Shown here: positions 38,610-47,265 of the stretch, in pieces | How the letters are laid out: each line of letters starts with the position of its first letter | Numbering within the stretch: the stretch's first letter is position 1 | NCBI GenBank assembly: GCA_049510745.1 | Contig: JBEKYR010000031.1 | Location: forward strand, 23,689-87,688 | Length of the DNA: 64,000 nt | Direction: 5' to 3' | Source: Verrucomicrobiota bacterium | GTDB taxonomy: Bacteria > Verrucomicrobiota > Verrucomicrobiia > Limisphaerales > Palsa-1400 | Notes under the pieces: model-generated | What the model saw: only the letters and a program-made list of their open reading frames with translations | What the model was told of the DNA's origin: nothing | Databases searched by the model: none | Made by a program: the position numbers and the translations under genes

Positions 38610-39911
38610 TCAATTGGTTGCCTTGGGCTGAAGAGGAATTTCCAAAGGCACCGGCTGTTTGTCCCTCAAACGCCGGGCGGCATCTCCGACGAGCCTCAAA
38701 TACCAGTCGCTTGGCCGGCCATCGTAGCCGACAAAATGTCCTTGCGTGGGTGGAGAACTGGTCACTTTAAAAATGGCCGTGCCTTCGTCCACCTCGTCAA
38801 ACATCGCCACATACACGGTGTCCGCACCCAGTTTCGACAACTCATGGAACTGCTCCCAGAGGAACTGGCCGCCGCGACGAGCGATCAGGCTCCTTCCCGG
38901 CGTCAGCCGCTGTAGATTATCCCAACTGAAGCCTGGATAGACCACCGGGATCCAGAGCATTCCCAGTCGTTTGCATTCGCGCTGATCTTCGGCCCAATAA
39001 TAAGTGGCTGCATGTTTCACGCCGGATTCATCTCGGACATAATTGCCCACATTCCAAGGGCAGTAGGCGCCGAACCTCCGGTAAAATTTCTGCCAGGCCG
39101 GGTCGGGATTGCGCCGCCAGTTCCAATCGCCGCCGCCGAGAAGGAAGGCTGAATAACGGCCCGAGGTTTGGAAAAAGTCAATCAGGCGGTTGGCCAGTTC
39201 AGCGCTCATGTGGTTATTATCGTTCTCATAATAAAAGCCCCAGATTTGCACCGCTGGCCGGCCGCCTTCATGCAGGTAACGTGGATCTTCCACAACTTTT
39301 TCGTCCACCATTTTCTTCCAATCCGCAGTGAGCACATCGAAGACCTTTCCCTCTGGCAGGCCGGCGATGTCATAGGAAAGCGCCCAGACCCGGCCCGTCT
39401 CGAGCGCCGCCGCTCGGACATGGTTGAGCACCCGCATACGGGAGGGATACCGGTTCGCAATCGGTCCGCCGGGCAGGTCCACGAGAAAGTGTTGCAGCCA
39501 GGCGCCATCAATGCCGTAATCGCGCATCCACTCGAAATGGCGAAGCACCGTTTGGGCATTATCAGAACTGAACAACTCCGCCTGACTGCCTCCGGGGTAG
39601 GTGAAACCAGGCGCGGGATAACGCTCCGTGGCAGAGTATTCAGTCATGTCAGGCCACAATTCAAACGTCAGGAGATTCGTCGCAATCTGTTGCGAATCGC
39701 GGCTCCAATGAATCCAACCCATATTGGCGGCATCATTTGGGCAGCGGAACCAACCCTGGTAACCACACATTACCTTGCCCCGCACCGACCCGTTATCCAC
39801 TTCGGCGCGGCCCGGCGGATTTGTCGCCGGTGCTCTTTCCTCAGCGTCAATTGACAAAGCGAGGAGCAGAAACGCGAGCAAGCAATACGGCATGAAACGG
39901 GCAAATCTCAT
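38610..39911 (-). CDS. Glycoside hydrolase, GH71/GH99-like
   Basis: Signal peptide; GKVMCGYQGWF, WPDMTEY, HFEWMRDYGIDG, PGFSWDNL and YVAMFDEVDEGTAIFK. Confidence 0.8.
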   Translation of the reverse strand: MRFARFMPYCLLAFLLLALSIDAEERAPATNPPGRAEVDNGSVRGKVMCGYQGWFRCPNDAANMGWIHWSRDSQQIATNLLTFELWPDMTEYSATERYPAPGFTYPGGSQAELFSSDNAQTVLRHFEWMRDYGIDGAWLQHFLVDLPGGPIANRYPSRMRVLNHVRAAALETGRVWALSYDIAGLPEGKVFDVLTADWKKMVDEKVVEDPRYLHEGGRPAVQIWGFYYENDNNHMSAELANRLIDFFQTSGRYSAFLLGGGDWNWRRNPDPAWQKFYRRFGAYCPWNVGNYVRDESGVKHAATYYWAEDQRECKRLGMLWIPVVYPGFSWDNLQRLTPGRSLIARRGGQFLWEQFHELSKLGADTVYVAMFDEVDEGTAIFKVTSSPPTQGHFVGYDGRPSDWYLRLVGDAARRLRDKQPVPLEIPLQPKATN

Positions 39912-40074
39912 CAGAGCGCCTGAAAAGGGTTCTCACTTTTCACGGTTTATATGAATGAACTCTTATTTGAAACGCTTCCAGATTTCTTTTCAATCGTTGT
40001 CTTTGCCTTCCTCCTTCTTCCTTCTTCCTCTTCCCGCTCTTGACATCTTCCCGCCCCGCCCAAATCTTTGCCCT

Positions 40075-43000
40075 TTGAACTCGACCCCTCCCACCGCCGA
40101 ACAATTGGAGGCCATCGCCGCCCGGGGCGATGTCCTGGTCGTGGCCGGCGCCGGCGCCGGCAAAACACGCACCTTGGTCGATCGCTGCCTCGCCTGGCTG
40201 CTCGACGACAAGAACCAGGGCGGCGTCGATGAAATTCTCATGGTCACCTTCACAAAGGCGGCCGCCGCCGAGATGCGCCGGCGCTTGCGGGCCGGCCTGG
40301 AAAGCGCCCCGTTGTCCTCGACCCGGCTGGCGGAACAACTGGCCCTGTTGGACACGGCCCATATTTGCACGCTCCACAGCTTTTGTTTCCACCTCGTCTG
40401 CGAGCATTTCTACGAACTGGGACTCGACCCGCAATTGCGGGTCTTGTCCGATGAAGAAACCCAGATGCTGGCCCGCCAGTCGCTCGAGGCGCTGCTGGAG
40501 GAGGTCTATAACTCGGAAACTCCCGCCGACCTGGCCATTCAACAACTCATCCAGGCCCAGGGCGGCGATTGGGACCAGCCGGTGCGCGACCTGATTCGCC
40601 GGTTGCACAATTATTCCCAAACCCTGCGCGATCCGACCGGCTGGTTCGCGGCGCAACACGCCCGCTTCCAATCCGCGCAGCCCGGCGAATGGCGCGCCTG
40701 GCTGATGGAGCATTTGGAAACCTGGCGGCGCTCCTGGCTGCCCGTCCTGCAACGCCAGCCTCCCGCCAACGCCAACGCCGCCCAATGCGCCGCCGCTCTC
40801 GCCGCTTTGCCCCCACAGCCCGCCCGGCCCGATTTCGCCGCCGCCCTCGCCTCGATTGTCCAAGCCGACAAAGTCTGGCCGCGCCCCAGAGGTCCGTGGC
40901 GCGACCCGATCAAGGAAATTTTCGCCGAAGCGGCATTTTTGCTTTCCGTCTGCGCCGAGGGCCGCGTCGATCCGCTGGCGGAGGATTGGGATTGGGTCCG
41001 CCCCTCGATGCTGGCCTTGCTGGACGCCGCGGCGCGCTTCGGCGAGGCCTTTGCCCAGGCCAAACGCCATGACGGCGGGATCGACTACCACGACTTGGAG
41101 CAGTTTGCGCTGCGCCTGCTCCACGACGGCGGCCGCCCCGGCGCCATCGCGGAAAAGTGGCGGAAAAAACTGCGCCTGGTCTTCGTGGACGAGTTCCAAG
41201 ACATCAACGGCGCCCAGGAGGCCATCATCGAGGCCCTCTCCCGGGGCGGCGCCGAGGCCAACCGCTTCCTCGTCGGCGATGTCAAGCAAAGCATTTACCG
41301 CTTCCGCCTGGCAGACCCGGGCATTTTTGCCCGCTGCCAGGCGCAGTGGGCGGCGCCGGGGGCGTCGGCGCGCGTGCTGGGGCTGGCGGAAAATTTCCGC
41401 AGTCACGAGGGCATTCTCAATTTCGTCAACGCCGTCTTCTCCACCCTCATGCGCCAGGAGGTGGGCGGCGTGCCTTACCCCGCTGAAGCCCGCCTCCGTT
41501 TTGGCGCGCCCGCCCTCCGCGCCGCTCTCGCCGCCCGTCCCAATTCCCCACCGCCCGTCGAACTCCACGTCCGTTGCCGCGGCCGCGACGCCGAAGACGA
41601 TGAGGCCGCGCCCGCCGTGGAAAACGCCTCCGACGCCGAAATGGAAGCGCGGATGGTGGGACGCCGGCTCAAAGAGTTGCACGGAACCCCTCTGCTCGAC
41701 CAAAACGAGACGCGCCCGATGCAATGGCGCGACGTGGTCATTTTGCTGCGCTCGCCCCGGAACAAGGTCGAGGCTTATGTCAAGGAATTCCACCGCCTGG
41801 GCATTCCGCTGGCGGCGGCCCGCGGCGGCTTCTATGACAGCCTGGAGGCGCGCGACCTGCTGGCCATTCTCCAACTGCTGGACAATCCGCTGCAGGATTT
41901 GCCCTTGCTGGCCGTCTTGCGCTCGCCTCTCGCCGGCCTGGCCTCCGCGGAATTGGCCCTCATTCGCGCCGCCCGGCCGCAGGGCCGCTTCTGGACCGCG
42001 CTGGTGGACTGGCACCGCGAGGAAGCAAGGAAGAATGATCCGGCCCGCGCCGCGCTACGCGACAAGGCCGGCCGTTTCCTGGCGCGATTCCGCGCCTGGC
42101 GCCGCCAATCCCGCCAGGCGGCCGTTTCGCTTTGCCTGGAAAACATCCTCGACCAGACCCACTACACCGACTGGCTTCTGACCCGAGAGCGCGGCGAACA
42201 AAGGCGCGCCAACGTCGAACGCTTCCTCCAACTGGCCCGGCAGTTTGACGCCGGCCGCGGCGAGAGCCTGCCCCGCTTTCTCAGGTTTCTCCAGGCGCAG
42301 CAGGAAAGCGACGCCGAGGCCGAGCCGCCGCCCGCGCCGGAATCCGACGCCGTGCGGCTGATGAGCATTCATCAGAGCAAGGGACAGGAATTCCCCGTCG
42401 TCGTCGTGGCCGACCTTGGCAAAAAGTTCAACCTCGCCGATTTGCGCGAGCGTGTTATACTTGACGACTCATTCGGGCTTTGCCCGCAAGTCAAGCCGCC
42501 CGGCGCCGCCCGCTTTTACCCCAGCCTGCCCTGGTGGCTGGCCCAGCGCCGCCAAAAACGCGAACTGTTGGGCGAGGAATTGCGCCTGCTGTACGTCGCC
42601 ATGACGCGCGCCGCGCAACGCCTCATCCTGGCCGGCGGCGCCTCGCGCAAGGCCGTGGACGAGCGCTGGCCCGCCCGCGCCGCGCGCGGCCTGGGGCCGT
42701 CGGAAATCCTCAACGGCGCCGATTATCTGGACTGGCTGGGACCCTGGCTCGCCGGCCCGAACAAACTGTCCGATGCGGGCGCCAATGAACTTCTCAGTTG
42801 GAAAATTTACCGCCAAGACGACGGCCCCGCCCCGGCCGCCGCCCCCATTCCCCCGCCGGAACAACCCGACCTTGCCCCGGAAATTCGCGACCGGCTCGAT
42901 TGGTCGTATCCCTTCGCGGCGGAAACCGGGCGGCCGGCCAAGGTCTCCGTTTCCGGGTTGCGCCGCCGCATCGCCGGCGCGGACGAGCAGGAGCCGCCGC

Positions 43001-43590
43001 CTATGTTTAGACTTGACTCTTCGCGCTTCCCCCGCTCCGGGAAGGAAGGCGCGTTGACCGCCGCCCAGATCGGCTCCGCCCACCACGCCTTTTTGGAGCG
43101 GATGTCGCTGGAAGTCGCGCCCACGGCCGCCGGCCTGGCGGAAGAAGCCGCCCGCCTTGGCCGCGAAAATGTTCTGTCGCCGGAACAAATCGCCTGCCTG
43201 GATTTCGACGGTCTGGCGGTCTTTTGGCAATCGGAAGCCGGCGCCCAACTGCGGCGCCAATCGCCCTTCATCCGGCGGGAACTGCCCTTTACCGCGCGCT
43301 TCGCCGCGTCCGATCTGGCGCGTCTGGGCGCGGAGGATTTCGCCGCCGTCGGGGCCGGGGAATTTGTCGTGGTGCAGGGCGTGATCGATCTGGCCGCCCT
43401 TCTGCCGGAGGAAATCTGGCTGCTCGATTTCAAAACGGACCATTTCCCCGCCGGTCAACTCCCCGAAAAAATTAAAATGTACCGGCCGCAATTGGACTTG
43501 TACGCCGAGGCGATCAGCCGGATTCATCGCCGGCCCGTGACGCGCCGATGGTTGCATTTCCTGGCCCACCGCTACACCGTCCTTCTTTGA
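40075..43590 (+). CDS. addA: ATP-dependent helicase/nuclease subunit A (UvrD-like plus PD-(D/E)xK)
   Basis: AGAGAGKT, VTFTKAAAAEM, VDEFQD, VGDVKQSIYRFR, ENFRS, MSIHQSKG, RLLYVAMTRA; nuclease GVID...DFKT...QLDLY. Start placed at TTG 40075. Confidence 0.92.
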   Translation: MNSTPPTAEQLEAIAARGDVLVVAGAGAGKTRTLVDRCLAWLLDDKNQGGVDEILMVTFTKAAAAEMRRRLRAGLESAPLSSTRLAEQLALLDTAHICTLHSFCFHLVCEHFYELGLDPQLRVLSDEETQMLARQSLEALLEEVYNSETPADLAIQQLIQAQGGDWDQPVRDLIRRLHNYSQTLRDPTGWFAAQHARFQSAQPGEWRAWLMEHLETWRRSWLPVLQRQPPANANAAQCAAALAALPPQPARPDFAAALASIVQADKVWPRPRGPWRDPIKEIFAEAAFLLSVCAEGRVDPLAEDWDWVRPSMLALLDAAARFGEAFAQAKRHDGGIDYHDLEQFALRLLHDGGRPGAIAEKWRKKLRLVFVDEFQDINGAQEAIIEALSRGGAEANRFLVGDVKQSIYRFRLADPGIFARCQAQWAAPGASARVLGLAENFRSHEGILNFVNAVFSTLMRQEVGGVPYPAEARLRFGAPALRAALAARPNSPPPVELHVRCRGRDAEDDEAAPAVENASDAEMEARMVGRRLKELHGTPLLDQNETRPMQWRDVVILLRSPRNKVEAYVKEFHRLGIPLAAARGGFYDSLEARDLLAILQLLDNPLQDLPLLAVLRSPLAGLASAELALIRAARPQGRFWTALVDWHREEARKNDPARAALRDKAGRFLARFRAWRRQSRQAAVSLCLENILDQTHYTDWLLTRERGEQRRANVERFLQLARQFDAGRGESLPRFLRFLQAQQESDAEAEPPPAPESDAVRLMSIHQSKGQEFPVVVVADLGKKFNLADLRERVILDDSFGLCPQVKPPGAARFYPSLPWWLAQRRQKRELLGEELRLLYVAMTRAAQRLILAGGASRKAVDERWPARAARGLGPSEILNGADYLDWLGPWLAGPNKLSDAGANELLSWKIYRQDDGPAPAAAPIPPPEQPDLAPEIRDRLDWSYPFAAETGRPAKVSVSGLRRRIAGADEQEPPPMFRLDSSRFPRSGKEGALTAAQIGSAHHAFLERMSLEVAPTAAGLAEEAARLGRENVLSPEQIACLDFDGLAVFWQSEAGAQLRRQSPFIRRELPFTARFAASDLARLGAEDFAAVGAGEFVVVQGVIDLAALLPEEIWLLDFKTDHFPAGQLPEKIKMYRPQLDLYAEAISRIHRRPVTRRWLHFLAHRYTVLL

Positions 43591-43601
43591 GACCGGCCCG
43601 C

Positions 43602-43997
43602 TCAGACGATCCGCGGCGGGACGCCGTCTCTCGGAGCGCCGGCCACCAGCCGCAAGCCCGTCGCCGCCGCCCACAAAAAACCCGCCAGGAAAATGCCGAT
43701 CCCCGCCAGCGGCCAGCGCGCATGCACCCACAATTCCAGCAGCGGGCCCAGCGGATCGTCCGCGGGGGCCGGCTGCATGATGCGGCCCCAGTTGGCGATG
43801 CCCCATTCGATCATCGGAATCCCGGCCGCCACGCTGACGGCCAGGCCGCCGAACGCCAGGGCCATTTGCGCGTAGCCGGCTTTCCGCCCCGCCGCCAGCG
43901 ACCCGGCTCCCGGCAGCGCCAGGTTGGCGCTCAAACAGGCCCACGCTTCCGCCCGCGGCAGCGCGCGGCGCGGACGAAGCGTCAACGAGATTTTCAT
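43602..43997 (-). CDS. Hypothetical membrane protein
   Basis: 131 aa with NLALPGAGSL and hydrophobic helices; last gene of a tight three-gene run. Confidence 0.75.
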   Translation of the reverse strand: MKISLTLRPRRALPRAEAWACLSANLALPGAGSLAAGRKAGYAQMALAFGGLAVSVAAGIPMIEWGIANWGRIMQPAPADDPLGPLLELWVHARWPLAGIGIFLAGFLWAAATGLRLVAGAPRDGVPPRIV

Positions 43998-44003
43998 GGC
44001 GCA

Positions 44004-44396
44004 TTACCGCAAGTTGCGCAGCACGCCGAACAAAACCAGTCCGGCCGCCGCCACCCAGCCATAGACCGGGCGGGCGGCAAGTCCGGGCCGCTGCCGGCGC
44101 GCGCCCAAACGCACCCATTCCCGCACACCCAACCCCAGCCCCGCCGGCAGGAGAACGATCACCAGCGGGTTCAGGCGCCAGGCGGCGGCCAGGTGGCCGT
44201 GCGTCAACTGATGCAGGGCGCGCAGGCCGCCGCAGCCCGGGCATTGCAGGCCGGTCAATTGGTGCAGCGGACAAACAGGATAGAATCCGGCGGTGGCCGG
44301 ATCAAAAAGATACACCACCACCAGGCCGGCGGTCGCGGCCAGCAGCCCCGCGGCCAGGAAAACAGATCGGGCCGATGGCGCCAGTGGTCCTTTCAT
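44004..44396 (-). CDS. DUF2752 family membrane protein
   Basis: CPLHQLTGLQCPGCGGLRALHQLTHG...AWRLNPL. Confidence 0.88.
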   Translation of the reverse strand: MKGPLAPSARSVFLAAGLLAATAGLVVVYLFDPATAGFYPVCPLHQLTGLQCPGCGGLRALHQLTHGHLAAAWRLNPLVIVLLPAGLGLGVREWVRLGARRQRPGLAARPVYGWVAAAGLVLFGVLRNLR

Positions 44397-44401
44397 ACGT
44401 T

Positions 44402-44896
44402 TTACTGCTGCAAAGCGTTCGGAAAATTCTGCATCCATTGCGGAGAGGAGATGGTCACTATCAGGAAAATCACAAACAGGAGAACCGCCAGCGCGCCCAG
44501 AACGATGCCGGCGATGGCAAAGCCCCTGCCGCTCTGTTGCGGGTTTTGTTTCAACTGCGACAGCGCCACCGCTCCGAGGATGATGCTCACGATCCCCACA
44601 AACCCCAGGCAGCAAAGGAAAACGGAAGCGATTCCTGTGACCATCGACCAGACGGCCATTGGGTTGGTGCCAGCCGGGGTTGGTGGCGCGGCCGGATGGC
44701 TCGGCGGCAAGGGCGGCGCCGGCCGGGGAAGCACGGCGGCGAACTCCGGCAAGTCCGCCATGGTCTTCCATTCCGTGGCGCCCTCCGGCTGGACTTTCGT
44801 CTGGGCGTTGACGCGCCCTTCGGCAATCCATTGCCGGAGCTGGTCCGCGGTAATAGGCCCGTACTCCTTCTGGTCCGCTCCGATTATTTTGAACAT
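44402..44896 (-). CDS. GYF_2 (DUF4339) plus DUF4190 membrane protein
   Basis: GADQKEYGP...LRQWIAEGR...W, Pro-rich linker, NPMAVWSMVTGI and GRGFAIAGIVLG. Confidence 0.88.
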   Translation of the reverse strand: MFKIIGADQKEYGPITADQLRQWIAEGRVNAQTKVQPEGATEWKTMADLPEFAAVLPRPAPPLPPSHPAAPPTPAGTNPMAVWSMVTGIASVFLCCLGFVGIVSIILGAVALSQLKQNPQQSGRGFAIAGIVLGALAVLLFVIFLIVTISSPQWMQNFPNALQQ

Positions 44897-44992
44897 CGCC
44901 GCAACATGCCTAATTCGCGGCAATCGCGCAAGCCTCCTCGCCGCGGCTCCGTTGCCGGCCCAAAAAAATCCCCGGGGCTTGATTCGAGGAAC

Positions 44993-45085
44993 ATTGAAAA
45001 TTGAAAACTGAAAATCTGTAAATTGTTATTGAAGGCACGGAGTCCGCGATTGCCAATTACAAATTTTCAATTCCCAATTTTCAAT
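44993..45085. repeat. AT-rich palindromic element built from a 7-mer (TTGAAAA / TTTTCAA)
   Basis: attgaaaattgaaaactgaaaatctgtaaattg ... caattacaaattttcaattcccaattttcaat. Confidence 0.8.
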
Positions 45086-45112
45086 CGCCCTCCAGAATGA
45101 TGCCGCGCCGCC

Positions 45113-46174
45113 CTACCGAACTCCGCTGTCGGCGATTAATTCCTCCAGTTTCGCCCGCGCCTTGCCCGAGTCGATCAACTCCGCGGCCAAGTCCCAGCCT
45201 TCGGCGAGCGAACGGCATTTTTCGGCGACGAACAACGCGGCGGCGCTGTTCAACAAAACAGCGTCGCGCTTGGGGCCGCGGTCCTCGCCGCGCAACAAGC
45301 GCCGCACGATCTCCGCGTTCGCCTGGCGGTCGCCGCCGGCCAATTCCGCCAGGCGCGCGGGTTGAATGGGAAAATGCGCGGGATCGAGGGACGACTCGGC
45401 CAGGCCCCGCGGATGGTAAAACTCCGCCACCGTGTTTGCGCCCAGCGTGGACAGCTCATCGAGGTGCCGCACCGTGTCCCCATCCGGCACCGAGCCGCAC
45501 ACCACCAGGGCGCGCCGCGCGCCCAGCGACCGCAGGACGGTGGCGACGGGAAGGCACAAATGCGGATGCGGCACGCCCACCAGTTGCGCGGCGGGCCGCG
45601 CCGGGTTGAGCAGCGGCCCAAGATAATTAAAAATGGTTTTTTGGCCCCGCTCGCCGCACAACCGCCGCGCCGCCGCGATCTGTTTGAAGGCCGGGTGATA
45701 ATTGGGGGCGAAAAAAAAGGCGAAATCATGCTCGCGCAACGAGCGCGCCGCCCGCTCCGGCGTCAAATCAATTTTTATCCCCAGCGCCTCCAGCACGTCC
45801 GCGCTGCCCGCCTGCGACGTGATGGCGCGGTTGCCGTGCTTGGCCACCGGCGCGCCGGCCGCGGCCGCGACCAGCGCGACGGTGGTCGAGATGTTGAAGG
45901 TGTTGAGACGGTCCCCGCCCGTGCCGCAGACGTCGAGGATTTGCCGCGCGCGGGTCGGCCCGTCCACCGGCGGCTCGATCGCCCTGCCGCGCAATTCCCG
46001 CGCGAACCCGACGATTTCGGCCGTGGTTTCTCCCTTGCGGGCCAGGGCGGCCAGAAAGTCCGCCTTGCTTTTCACGGCGGCCTCGGCGCCGGCCAAGGCC
46101 GCGACGGCAACGGCAATCTGCGCGTCGTCCAGCGGCTCGTGATTCCCCAGTTGTTTGGTCAGCGCATCCAGCAC
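45113..46174 (-). CDS. trpD: Anthranilate phosphoribosyltransferase
   Basis: DVCGTGGD, FNISTT, AKHGNR, GSADVLEALG, FAPNYHPA and LGPLLNPA; GTG start at 46174. Confidence 0.96.
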   Translation of the reverse strand: MLDALTKQLGNHEPLDDAQIAVAVAALAGAEAAVKSKADFLAALARKGETTAEIVGFARELRGRAIEPPVDGPTRARQILDVCGTGGDRLNTFNISTTVALVAAAAGAPVAKHGNRAITSQAGSADVLEALGIKIDLTPERAARSLREHDFAFFFAPNYHPAFKQIAAARRLCGERGQKTIFNYLGPLLNPARPAAQLVGVPHPHLCLPVATVLRSLGARRALVVCGSVPDGDTVRHLDELSTLGANTVAEFYHPRGLAESSLDPAHFPIQPARLAELAGGDRQANAEIVRRLLRGEDRGPKRDAVLLNSAAALFVAEKCRSLAEGWDLAAELIDSGKARAKLEELIADSGVR

Positions 46175-46228
46175 GCGGAAAGTGTAGGAAGAGCGCGGGA
46201 AGTTTGCTAGTGTCCAGTTTTTGAGCGG

Positions 46229-47251
46229 ATGAATGCGGAGATGCTTGCGACAGAGGGCGCCGGGTTGTTCGATCAGGCGGTGAGCCGCGCGGCGGAGTTG
46301 CTGCGCGCCGGCCAACTGGTGGCCTTGCCCACGGAAACCGTCTATGGCCTGGCTGCCAACGCCTGGGATGCCGAGGCGGTCCGGCGGATTTTTGAGGTCA
46401 AGGGCCGTTCTCCGAAAAACCCGATCATCGTCCACGTCGCCAGCCTGGAGATGGCCCGCCGCTGTGTGTCGGACTGGTCCGCGCTGGCCGGGAAATTGGC
46501 GGCGGCCTTTTGGCCGGGGCCGCTGACGCTGGTTTTGCCGCGCGCGAAGGAAATTCCGCCCATCGTGACGGCGGGCGGCGCGACCGTTGGCGTGCGCTGG
46601 CCCAGCCACCCGCTGATGCAGGCGGTCATCCGGGCCTGCGGCTTTCCGCTGGCGGCCCCCAGCGCCAACCGCGCCAACGAACTCTCCCCCACCAACGCCC
46701 GGCACGTCTTCAAGGGCCTTGGCGACCGCATCCCGCTGATTATCGACGGCGGACAGGCGCAGGTCGGCATCGAGTCTTCGGTGCTCGACCTGGTTTCCGC
46801 GCCGCCGCGATTGTTGCGCCCGGGAATGATTCATGCCGAATCGCTGCTGGCGGTGATGGGCCGGACCGGCCTTGAAGTGCCCGCCTTCGATCCGCCGGAC
46901 GGGCCGGTGACAACTCTGCGCAGTCCGGGTCTGCTGCGACAGCATTACGCGCCCAAGGCGCGGCTGGCGCTGTGGCACTGGCGGGACGACGCGGAGTTGG
47001 CGGCGCGGATATCGGCCCGCGGGGTTCCGCGGGCGAAGGTCCACGTAGTGGCGCACAGTCGCATTCCGTTGCGCGAAAAGTTTGGCCGTGTTTCGGTCAT
47101 GCCGCATGACGCGGCGGCCTACGCCCGGGCCATCTACGCCGAACTCCATCAATGCGATGAAGCGGGCGCGGAATTGATCGTGGTCGAGGCGCTGCCGGCC
47201 GGCGAACAGTGGCGCGCGATTGCCGACCGGCTGGCGCGGGCGGCGCACTGA
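46229..47251 (+). CDS. sua5: L-threonylcarbamoyladenylate synthase (Sua5 type)
   Basis: LPTETVYGLAA, KGRSPKNPIIVH, FWPGPLT, AAPSAN and SPG...HYAP. Confidence 0.95.
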   Translation: MNAEMLATEGAGLFDQAVSRAAELLRAGQLVALPTETVYGLAANAWDAEAVRRIFEVKGRSPKNPIIVHVASLEMARRCVSDWSALAGKLAAAFWPGPLTLVLPRAKEIPPIVTAGGATVGVRWPSHPLMQAVIRACGFPLAAPSANRANELSPTNARHVFKGLGDRIPLIIDGGQAQVGIESSVLDLVSAPPRLLRPGMIHAESLLAVMGRTGLEVPAFDPPDGPVTTLRSPGLLRQHYAPKARLALWHWRDDAELAARISARGVPRAKVHVVAHSRIPLREKFGRVSVMPHDAAAYARAIYAELHQCDEAGAELIVVEALPAGEQWRAIADRLARAAH

Positions 47252-47265
47252 CGCCAAGGGTGGCC

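Noticed and set aside
44397..44831. 275-aa version of the DUF2752 gene
   Set aside because: The extension overlaps the GYF/DUF4190 gene in another frame.
46175..47257. 714-aa trpD fusion
   Set aside because: The extra 5' part is the antisense frame of sua5.
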